Shown here: one piece after another, positions 47,001 through 59,000 of the stretch | Layout: the number at the start of each line of letters is the position of its first letter | Numbering within the stretch: position 1 is the stretch's first letter | NCBI RefSeq assembly: GCF_008831285.2 | Contig: NC_045138.2 | Location: 19,716,001 to 19,780,000, forward strand | Direction of reading: 5' to 3' | From: Nymphaea colorata | Taxonomy: Eukaryota | Length of the DNA: 64,000 nt | Made by a program: the position numbers and the translations under genes | Notes under the pieces: generated by a model | The model's database searches: none | The model's input: only the letters and a program-made list of their open reading frames with translations | Told to the model about the DNA's origin: nothing

Positions 47001-50000
47001 TACTTTAATTGAAAAAAGCTGATTCAAGCAAATGTTACCAATTGAGACATTGTATCAGCCGGTGTTTGGAAGTTTTTGTTATTTGTATCTGCATCATTTT
47101 ATTGAGTGGCTTGGCCGACACAATGCATATCGGCTATATGCACCAACAGTGATAACACTGTTCAATGCTCTAATTCTTTTTTATATTCTAAATATAACTA
47201 TAAAGATCATTTTAGTGAGGTACTAGCCTCTCCAAGTGAAATTCAGTTGATTTTGTGATTGGCTACTTTGAATCTTCATTCTGCTTATGGGATTCACTGA
47301 CTTTGTTGTCAGTCCTAACATGTTACGACCACCGTCCTAATTTTCAAGCTTTTTGATGGAAATTAGAATTGATTTAGGAATTTTTGTGATGTTGTAACTT
47401 TAGTTCTCATTTTGAGCTAGTTTAAGGTTTAGAGACATTAACTAATGAACTAAATTGTGATACTGCTGTTTGGAAGCACTATATTATTCAGTCTCTTCAT
47501 TTGAATTAGATGTTCCTGGCTTCTGTCCAGAACCTAATTGGTCATTTTCTTGTGCTATAAAGCTCAAAGAACGCGCAGTAGTTTATGTTTTCCATCTAGA
47601 ATAAGATAGTAGCAAGAATTTGGAAATACAATGTCATGTATGTCAGAGGCGACCATTCCCTTAAGTTTTGTTTGGTCAAAAGTTATAACTTGAAAGCATG
47701 TGACTTTACTGGATCATATTTTTGTTGTACAAGGGTTATTGACTATCAAATATTCAGAAAACTTACTTCCTGAAATGACTCAGAAATCAAAAGATCTTCA
47801 AAAATATGTGATGTTGTAGGTCTTGAGCTATGATGGTTTGCATCCCCCTGATTCATTGGCAATAACAGCAGCTGGAATTGCGGTGTAAGTAGTATCTACA
47901 TCATGCCTCCTAATCATTATTTTGTTTTAATATTTTTAATTTGGTATTGGAACTTAATTTGAGTTATTTCTCTAGTCTGTTATTCTGTTACTTTTCTATT
48001 GTCTAACTTTCTGGTACCTGTTTTAACTGGTGCAGTGCTCTTTCGGAAGTCCCAATTTCCAAGCCAGTTGCTGGTGTTCGAATTGGTTTGGTTGGTGATC
48101 AGTTTATTATAAATCCAACTACTACAGAGATGGAGAACTCTAAGCTAGACATGTTAGTTGCTGGCACTGATGATGCCATTTTGATGATTGAGGTTATTTT
48201 CTGCCTACTACATGAAATTCTAATAGTTCTCATCCAAAATGATTAACTTTTCAGATTTATATGCTGCACTTCTAGAATGTTAGATTGCATGAAGTAGATT
48301 ATGTGTTTAACCATGTTTCCAGATGAGTGAGTTTCAGCTCATCACCATAATGCCTGAAGCTATTGTTTCGTGGAGCAAGCGTCGAATGCATCTTGCCTTC
48401 ATCCTAAAAGTGGATTTAGCTAATATTTGACTGCTTCCTAGGTAAAATGTTGGAGGTTTTTTCAAAAAGTAAAGACAGAAATGTAAAAAACATGTAAAAA
48501 TCTTTGAATTTTTTGAAAAGTATCATGGTCAGAAATCAACAAGTTGACACTGAGGATTTTCTTGTTCTTTTTAATGGTTGGATACTTGGATCTTACTATC
48601 CAGAGCAACGTTAAGATAAATTTGAAATGCTGGGACAGCTGACTGTCATGATGATGTGTATGAAATTATTGCACTTATCAGCAGAAAAACAAGTATAGAA
48701 TGCTCGTTTGCAGCTCCTTCATGCATCTATAGTCTTACGCATGTAGAGTTTAGGGGATACAAATCTTTATGTGCATGCTTAATGTAACTTAGATTGTAAC
48801 ATTGCCCGTTAAATTCTCAAACTTATTCAAAGTAACAAGTTTAAAATCCTTGTTTGCAATCTCCTCCATGCATCAATGGTTTATCGATTCTGTACACCTT
48901 TTGGCGCAGTTATTGATGTAGTTTTAGATGGTTATCTTTTTATGCATGTGCAGCTAGGATGTTGCACATCCACATATGCGATGTTGCATGGCCACTGACA
49001 ACAGTGTCAGTAGCAGAGACAATGAAATGAGTGATAAATGTCGTAAAAGATTAAAACAGTAGATATGTGGATCCTGACCACTTAGGTCAAGGATGAAAAG
49101 CAGACAGCTTTTAAACAATATTTTAAACTATGTCACACGGGTGCGGATGCGATACGGGTCCGGATACGGGGATACGGGTGCGGGTACGGCAATTTTCAAA
49201 TTTTTTGGATACGCGGACACGGCTAAATTAAATATTCTAAAAAATTAAAAAAACATCAAATTAATAGTTCAATCTTACAAAAAGTTTGATTTATCACAGT
49301 ATTTGAAAGGGTTGTTGATGGAAATAATTAGATGTATCACAAAAAATTGATAAAATGAAAAAAAACATTAAAATTTTAATTTTTTATTTTCTGCCGTGTC
49401 CAAGCCGCACCCGCACCCGCGTGTCGAGTGTCGACACGGACAGTTGGGCCTTTTTGCCGTGTCTGTGTGACATAGATTTTAAACAAAATATACACATGCT
49501 AACATGTTTTTGAATATTAATTTGTTAAAAAACATGCTTTAATTCAAGTTTTTTTATGAAAATTATTGATTTTTTACTATTAAGATTTGATAACTATAAG
49601 AGGCATTAATGTTTAATGGTTAAATAAATACATTTTTAATAAAAAAAATAACTTAATATATGTGTCCTATTAAAATCACTCTTTAAGGTCATATTTATAA
49701 GGTTAAATTGCACAAGAAATACTTTGATGATCTATCTTGATTCTTGAGGAAACTACTAATCCTAGAGTGGAGAGGATGATTGTGAAAAGGAGAAACTCAA
49801 AAGAAAAAGTAGGTGGAGCTCTTCCTTGCCGAGTTCTGAGTTTTGGGGCTTGGCAGTGGCCTCCCGCCCACCTCCTGTCACTGGTGGGCAAAGGCGACAG
49901 CCTCTCCCTTCCCTCTGACCTCGGCAAGGGGATTTGTCATTGTCTTCCTGATTATTTTTTTTTTAATAAAAGCTAACCTAGGCTGTCCAATTGGATGGCC

Positions 50001-53000
50001 CACAGCAGCTGAGCAAACACTTGGCTGGGGTCTAGACTCTAGTGTTATATATATGAGATAGTTGTGTACCCTGAGTTGTCTGGCAAAATCCATGGTCACC
50101 GAAGATGGGTGTGGCTGACTCGATCCCAAGACCATGAAAGTCCATTTTCTTTTGATGGCAGAAAGTAGAAAAAAAAGTACAGAAGGGTAACTTGAGCTTC
50201 CCTCCATGTCTCTCTCTTTGTGTTAGCTTCAGTTAGGGTAGTGGCACTCCTTTGACTTCCAGCAAGATGGTGGCAGCGGTGGCAATAGGCCTACTCCAGC
50301 ATCTAAAATGAGGAGAAGAAGAAGGAGGACGGGTAGGCCTAGACAGCATATGTGTCTTTGTCTTGTACTTTTGATGTAAAAATTTATTCTTTTATGACAA
50401 GCAATTCCCACCTTTTTACTTTATCTAGAGCATAGTTATCAATGTCATTCTCAGCCATATCTTAAAAGGTCTTATTGACAAATTCTTTTAGTGATGTAAC
50501 TGCGATAATATCACAATATCTATTGCTCGCTATGTTTTAAAAACATTGCAATGTTTTCCTGATACTATTGGCTGACTTCCTGAGACAACAATATCACATT
50601 ATTTCCAGAATATCAGTGATATTCGTGACTATGCTATGGAGTCATTTGCTTTCTGTGTTGGTCATAGACCAATCACACTTGTTGCTTTAAAACGTCAGCT
50701 CTTTTTCACAGGAATGACTAAGTTTGCTACACGGAGCTTCCATCTGGGCTAGGAGTGGTACCATTGCGTGCCTACATTCTAGGCTGCGAGCTATGGCTAT
50801 TCAGAGCCTAGTAAGGATGCAATGAGTTGTTGCACACTTGCACTGCTGGTGGAGGCTTAAGTTGCAGTGAACATTACACTATCGTTCCTGGATTTTACAA
50901 GTGTTTCAATGTTTCGTTCTTTTGTTGGAAAAATTCTAAGTGCTTGGTTCAAAATTCAAATACCCTCCCAGCAGGAATATAGTTGAGCTATGTACAATGT
51001 GGACTTACCTCTGCCCTTTCCTTTACTTTCCTACCTGTTGATAAGCCTGTGAAGCATATTGCATCAAGAGCAAAATTTTTAAAAAGAAAGACAGGTCCTT
51101 TTCACCAATCCTTTTGTTTCCAAGTTGACCTGCTCATTGCATCTCTGGTAGCCTTTGATGCTTATTCTGGGAGAACTTCCATTTGAAGATGCCATATGGT
51201 TTACCCATAGATATGTCACTCTGTGCCGAATTCTGTGTCAATCAATTCTATCAAGTATGGGAATCCTTTTTAGTCACTTGAAACTCTGATGGGTTACCTA
51301 TGATCAAACATGTTTTCTCATTGTAAAGTGCCTGTCATGTGACTTATCCATTTGCAATAGATCTTTCTTTTCAGAAAAGTCGAGGAGGGTTATCATCTTC
51401 AAATGCTTCCTTCACTGGAAAAGAAAGGAAATAATCTTTGAATGCAACCCTTCTGCAACTTAAGAGCAAAGCCATTGTTACTGTTTGTTTATCTCTGATG
51501 GTTTGCAATTTTGAATTCTTCTATGGTATGCCTTTTCGGTGACTAAAGGAGAAAAGCTCCACATTGTCTGATAGGTCTAACATCAATGTATGGAAAGCTA
51601 TAAGTAAGTTCATAATTATATGGTTTCAACTTTCATATCACATTCTGCTGTTATGTTTGTTGTTGAACAGAACTGCTTATCTGATGTTGGTCAACTTAAC
51701 TTCATTGTATGTCTTGGCCATGGCACTTGTCTCTCTTAATTTTTGCTTTATTTTTGGCATGTCATACTATTTCTGTAGTGTTTAGTACATAACACACCAT
51801 TTAATTTGTTTCTGATTTAATAGGATAAAATGATACTATGACTTGAAATGATTGCTATAATCGTAAACAAACATGTCTCTGCAGGGTTACTGTGACTTCC
51901 TCACAGAGGAGATGCTGTTGAAGGCTGTGGAGCTTGGACAGGTTTTACTTCACTGATCTACTTCTCACTGCTATACTCTTATAGAGCCTGTTTCTCTTCA
52001 TGCTGAATATTTGGTTTGTTTTTCGTCTTTAATTGTGGAGAATTTCATTATGAGACTTATGTTTCGGTTTTCTCTTCATTTATATGAATATGTGTGTGCA
52101 TGTGCATGCATTAAGCTTAGAACTTAGAAGTGACACTGTTGGCTTTTCTATACTTCAGACTCCCACAGACTCTCTTCATGATTATTAATCATGGTTGGCC
52201 TTCTCATTAAGGACATGCTTGGTTGCCTGAAAAATTTTGTTGGATGCATAAATTTGGATGTATTTTGAATTTTCAGTTGGCCCCAACCCAGCTGAGAATC
52301 CAGAAAATTCAAATACATTGTTTATTAAACCTGGATAACATATACAGAGTTTGACTTCTACAATTGTATCTGAATTGGGTGTATTGTACCATGTGAACAT
52401 CCCTCTTCCTGGGACTGGTTACCTGGCAATCGAACATACCCTAGGTTCATGCTCATTCTTTCATTTACGGTGACTTCTAGGGTACTTATGACATCATTTC
52501 TATCTTATCATTATGTTAGTGCACATATTCTTCTTGTTTTTGCTATCCTTCTTAGCTATACTTCTCCAAGGTTTCAGTTTTTAATTTTTATATATACATT
52601 TTAGTTTGACAAATGAGGGAGTATGTGGTTTGAAGTCTTGTAGACAATATTTAATGAGAAGGAATAAGTGATGATTAGCTACAATCAAAGATGGAGATAA
52701 CCAAGAGAACAATAGAATAAAATATGATTGTATACAAAAACTGGCCCTACTCAATAGGTCCGTCCTAAAGCCTTTTTAGTGTCTGGTGCCTAGTTATATA
52801 CACTACAGTATGGCTCACACTGTAATTTTTCTTATTTTAATTACATGCATGGTGTGACATGCTGAACAGCTGGAGTCTCTTTTCAAGTGGGTTATCTTAA
52901 CTGCCAAATAATAAGGAACACACTGCTAATACCAGTTAAAATTTTCCATCCTTCGGAATGCTCCAGGATGAAATATCTCTTGAAGAGGATAAATGCACTA

Positions 53001-56000
53001 GAAAATTTTCTCACAGGCCGGCCAAGAGGTTATCAATTCCTATGGTGAGGGAGGGGGAGATCCCTCATCCACATTTATGGCCTGGAAAGATGCTATAGCA
53101 GTTAGTTGTCAAACAAAAACCTGTGATAAGAAATACAAGATGACTACATCATCCTTTTGACATGGATGTGCAAGCTAGACAGCCAATCCTCAAGCTTGAG
53201 TTCTTCGGGTTTTTTTGCAAAAATGTCTGCCATAGGGCTATTTTTGAAACAATGTTTACAGGGATAATTGGTATCTGGGAAGGAGTTATAGTTTCTAAAT
53301 TTTGAAGGTTAAGCTATCAGCACTTGACCATCCAAGAAGAACTACCGAACTCCATGGCACTTTTAAGCTGCAATGCTTGACCTAATCCTGATGGATCATT
53401 GACTGAGCCTGCAGGGGCCGTCTCTGATTCGTAATTTCTCCTTCATGCCAAGCACACACACACACACGAAAAGATGAATGAAAAAAGAACAAACTGGCCT
53501 ACCTCCACTATGGATTTGCCTGAGAATGGGGTACACACTTCCTTCTTGCAGAAACTTTCACCATATGAAGGTACACTTAATCAAAGATTATGCTGTCAAT
53601 CACAAGTCATATGGCCATGATGGGTTGAGTACAGGATGGCATTTTGTGTGTGATATAGGTGCACAAATATTGGTTCAAGCTGGTCCTTGGTGTAGCCTAA
53701 CCTTAACTAGAATACTCTTATATCTCCCCTCATGTTGCTTGTCTTAAACAAAGTTTGGCACCTTATGCATAAAATACAAATATTGATGTTTGCTGTATCT
53801 TCAATATAGTCTTCATTCAGTTTGAGCACATTTTATTCATCTTGAATGTCTGTCAAGCATTTCTTCACTTCCAGCTATAAGATCTATTGTGAGAAATTTT
53901 CTCTGGACCATAAAAAACTCATACTTAATGCATGTGCATAAATCAAAAAGAAAAAAGGGGAATCTGTGATTGAGAGGGCCAAGTTACTATATGTTGGTTT
54001 TGTTTTAGATCTTTTCAGTGCCAACTGTTAAGATGACTTAAATGCATCAAACAGATATGTGAAGCTTTACAAGAGATTTGCTTTGTGAGAATAAATTTGT
54101 TAAAATGACTGCAGCCAATATTGGAAGCTCTTTTCTATTTATAGTCCTTGTCATATTCAAGTGCAAAACTAAAACCCAGTTACTGTTGGAAAATATTTTT
54201 TATGTTTGGCATGAGTTGCACCAGATGCAGCCTATCTAAATAATAAACTTACTACTTTTTTTTCTATGTTAATGTGTATCTGGCGGAATGGCTGCCAGCG
54301 TCTTCTGAATCTATGTAGATGCCTACTTATGGTACACGTGGATTTTAAAATTTAATATCAGGGAGCAGTGCGCACAATATGTGAGGAGGTGCAGGATTTG
54401 GTCAAGAGGTGCGGAAAGCCCAAGATGATTGAAGCGATCACGCTTCCTCCGCCTGAGCTATATAGGCATGTTGAAGTATGGTGCACTTCTTACATATCTT
54501 TTTATTGAGGTGGTTTTAATTTGCTAGTTCCAAGTCCAGCACTCCCTAACTGCAATTTATGTTGGTAATTAGTTGTAACCTGCTTCACTTTCAGTCGCAC
54601 TGTTACTTTCTTGATATAAATTGTCAAGTTCATAGCTGTTGTGATAGTAATCAATATTGTTCTTGACATTTCTCAAAAAGGTACATTTTTCTCAGAAGTT
54701 TTTCGAAAAAAATTGTTTCTCTCTTAAAAATCTTATGAAAAATGTGGAGGATATTGAAGAAATCACAAAATCATGAGTCCTTTATTATCTACTACTTAGA
54801 AAAATGTCAAACATTAAAAGGTTTTCATTTTAAAAAATATATTCTTGGAATATATGCATGCAACTGTATTGCAATAAAAAAGGGAATTATGATGACCTTG
54901 TTGCAATAATACTCTGATGCTTATTCTTTCTTATATTTATCAAATGCCACAATGTTTTTGTGATATTATTGGGTGGCTTCAAAATGGCAATTATATTGAG
55001 AGATATTTGTTACTATAATATTACGTTGTTATGTGTTATTTATGAAAAGCATGAGAATACTGGGATCTCAATAGTTTTGCTTATATATGTATCCTGCCAT
55101 GATTCATGGTATGAAACATATGGAGAGGCAGCAAAAGGGAAATGTAAAATGAATAAAATAAAACATTTTTGTTAATTGTGCAAAGTACAACTGAAGAAAT
55201 CTGCAGATCATCCACACAAATGACAAAGACGTATTACGCCTAGTTTGAACACCTAGACTCACTTCAGTCTTCACCTTAACCTACACTTTCTCTCTCTTCC
55301 ATGACAGCTTATACATCCTTATGCGTTGTGACTGCAGGTTCTCACAAGCTGAAAAGTGGTGAAATAAATTATTCTTTTGGTTTGATGATCAAATATCTAT
55401 AATTACTGTATCATTTACATAGTTATTGTGCCTTTTTGTTCAGCTTGTTCTGCCTCTTGGATCTTGTTTGCTAAAGAAGATGGGAAATAGGAATATGTAG
55501 CTTTCAACAATGTTCTAGAGTGTGTAACACACCCTGTATCAGTCAAAACAATAGCTAGATACTTAGTTTAACTGAACATAGAAATATCTTACATTTAAAA
55601 TCAGGAAAAGGCAAGAAAAATTGTTTTCTACAAAAACAGGTCAGTTGTCACACATAATTATAACAATGAAAATTAAGCAGCTTACTTTCATATGTCACGT
55701 AAAGTCGTAACCCATCAAGAAATAAGTTTAAAGCCTTGTAAATCACGAAATAATCTTGTTTAATATAAATGACAGATGAAAATATGATGATGCAACATCT
55801 TCATTTCAATTGTCTCCTTCAAATCGAAATATATGTAGGCTCCTGATCATCAACCTCCCTTGCTCCTTTAATATTGAACCATCCAAAGAATATGGTGGCA
55901 GTTCTTCTTCACAGCATGCATCCCACATCAAAGTGCTCAAGCAGATACACCAACTTGCTTTCTGTGCTTTTCTGCTGAGGTTTTCTTCTAATTGCCTAAA

Positions 56001-59000
56001 ATCAATAAACAGAAGTTGTTAATATATATTGTAAAATAATTGTATGTCAATGGTTAACTTATAAAACAAGTCTACATTAGCTTATTACTTTTGTCTCGGA
56101 TTATATATTATCTTGCACATAACCAAGGTCATCAGTCTTTTATTTTCGAGCCCGTTTTTCTTCTTAGTGTGGATTTGTCAAAAAATATTCCTATTTCTTT
56201 CACATCCAGTTGCACTTTATGTTTGACTCGCAAAACCTTTAAAGATTGGGCAGTCACTCCTAAATCTGTTTGACAGCATATCCAACCAGAAATGAAACAC
56301 TATGGAAAATAACAAATAAAATAACTAAATTATGGTTTGAAAAGTAAATTGAACTTTTGTGTGCAACACTTGGACTCGTTGTTGTTCTATTCTAAATGGC
56401 TGCACTTTTTCCTATGTCATCTTGGCAATTGTCATATATTTCCTCTCATGATGAATGACATATTGTATGTCAAACTCAGTGATTAAGTCTCACTCACTGC
56501 AGTCTAATAAATCCTAATCACTTCTTGGCTTTTTTAAATGCTGCAAAATATTGTGATGCAGGACTTAAGTAGTATGTGTGAGAATCTTCACTAAAACATC
56601 ACCGAATCACGTCTCTCCGTCTGAAAATAAGGAGGATGGAGAATAGAGAATAGAAGAAGGCAATGAAGGTAAGAGAACCGGCGGCCAATGCAGCCACACT
56701 ATGCTTGATCTCTATTATTAAAACATAAACCTAATTAGGTTACAACAAAAAGAGGAATAAAACATGAAGTAATTACAAGAGGTGCCACTACTTAGACGTG
56801 AAGACATAAAAACGAAGTGGATCGGGTCTGAACAGACCCGATCCAAACCCGATCCCTTTACATTGATGCGTACAGACTTAACAGCCCCCCTCAAGTTGTG
56901 CATGAGATTTGATCATGCACAACTTGTTTTTCAAATCCCAAAAATGCTGCCCTGTAAGACCTTTGGTAAAAAGATCCGCTATTTGTTCACTGGTGGATAT
57001 ATAAGTAGGCAATATCTCGGCTTCTTCAACCTTCTGACGAATGAAGTGTTGATCAATCTCAATGTGCTTGGTACGATTATGCAAAATGGGGTTGAAGGCA
57101 ATTTTGATGGCGCTTTGATTGTCGCATAGCAATGAGGACTGAACAATAGGTAGATGAAGCTCTCCAAGCAAATGTCGTAACCATGATGCCTCAGCTGTCC
57201 CTGCAGCCATTGCTCTATACTCTGCCTCAGTGCTAGATCGTGCAACGGCACGCTGCTTTTTACTGCTCCAACAAATGAGATTAGAATCAAGAAAAAGGCA
57301 GAAACCTGAAACTGAGCGTCTGTCATCAGGATCTCCTGCCCAGTCTGCATCAGTATAAGTATATATGCTATGTCCAAGAGAAACATTGGGACACTTTGTA
57401 TAGATCAATCCATCCCCAAGAGTAGCTTTGAGATACCGTAAGATCCGCTTAGTAGCATCCATATGTCCTTCTGTGGGTGCATGCATAAATTGAGAGATCT
57501 GATTTACAGCATAGGCTATGTCTGGGCGCGTAAAGGTAAGGTATTGTAACATACCAACAATGCTGCGATAGAAGGTAGGATTTGAATAGGCAGCAGTTCC
57601 ATCAGAGGCAGCCAATTTAGTGTTTAGAACACTAGGAGTAGTTATGGGTTTGCAATTAATCATACCTGCCCTGTCCAAAATATCAAGAGTATACTTATGC
57701 TGCGTAAGAGTCAATCGATCATTTGCTCTATCAAGTTCAACACCCAAGAAGTACCGAAGTTCGCCGAGATCTTTCATCTTGAATTCTTGCTGCAACAGAT
57801 CCTTAACATAAGATATATGAGAAGAAGAATTCCCAGTTATAACAATATCATCTACATAGATAAGTAACCAAGTGGTAGCTTCTTCGGTATGATACATAAA
57901 CAAGGAATGATCTAGAGAGCTTCGTAGAAAACCAGCTTGTTGTATATGATGAGAAAACCGATCGAACCATGATCTAGAAGCTTGCTTCAGCCCATATAAA
58001 GACTTGTGTAACTTACAAACCCATTTTTGAGGATCATGAGTATTGTAGCCGGGAGGTTGCTCCATGTATACCTCTTCCTTAAGAATCCCATGTAGAAAAG
58101 CATTTTTGACATCTAACTGATAAAGAGGCCACCCATATGAGACTGCAAGAGAAATAATCACACGTATTGTGCCCATAGCAAACACATCCAAAAACACGCA
58201 ATTCCTCATAGCGTGGCTGCTCTTGATGTAATAAAAAATATGGGGATTTGCCATCAAGCAAAGCCAATGGCAGTCGATTTATAACATGCACAGCCGTATG
58301 AAAAGCCTCAGTCCACAATGTCATGGGTAAGTCTGTGTCATGCATCATGCTGAGCGCGCTTTCAACAATATGTCTATGTTTCCGTTCAACAATTCCATTT
58401 TGCTGAGGAGTATGTGAGCATGAAATCTGTCTAGTGATCCCATTATCTAGTAGATACTCAGTAAATTCATTAGAAATAAATTCACCACCACCATCACATT
58501 GAAAATGCACAATATTACTGGAGTATTTATTTCGAACCAAGGCATGGAATTGAGTAAACAAACGGAAAACTTCAGATTTGTGTTTCATGAAGTGTATCCA
58601 AGTATGTCGAGAATATGAATCTATAAAAATGACATAGTACCTACTCCCAGAAGAAGAGGGAATTGGAGCAGGCCCCCAAACATCAGAATATATGGTGTCA
58701 AAAATCCTTGAAGCTATTTTATTAATTGACTGAAAAGGAAGAGAATGGCTCTTACAAAGATGACAACTCGAGCACATGCTGGACTCACTGACTGAACTCA
58801 GACTGGACTTATCTAAGAGTCCGTCTGCAACAAGACTTCGAACAAAAGACTGACTACAATGAGCTAACCGACCATGCCAAATGGATGGCTTATTATATTC
58901 TGCGACATTGACTTCATTATGACTTGAAGAACATGAATCTGGAGGGTGAGGTTTGGACAGCTTTGGAGCTTCTTCAAGGACATACATATCTCCTTTGCGA

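Noticed and set aside
52900..53580. Possible further LINE relic in PNP1 intron 8 (minus-strand [15 protein letters not shown])
   Set aside because: Motifs are too short and scattered to support without an alignment.
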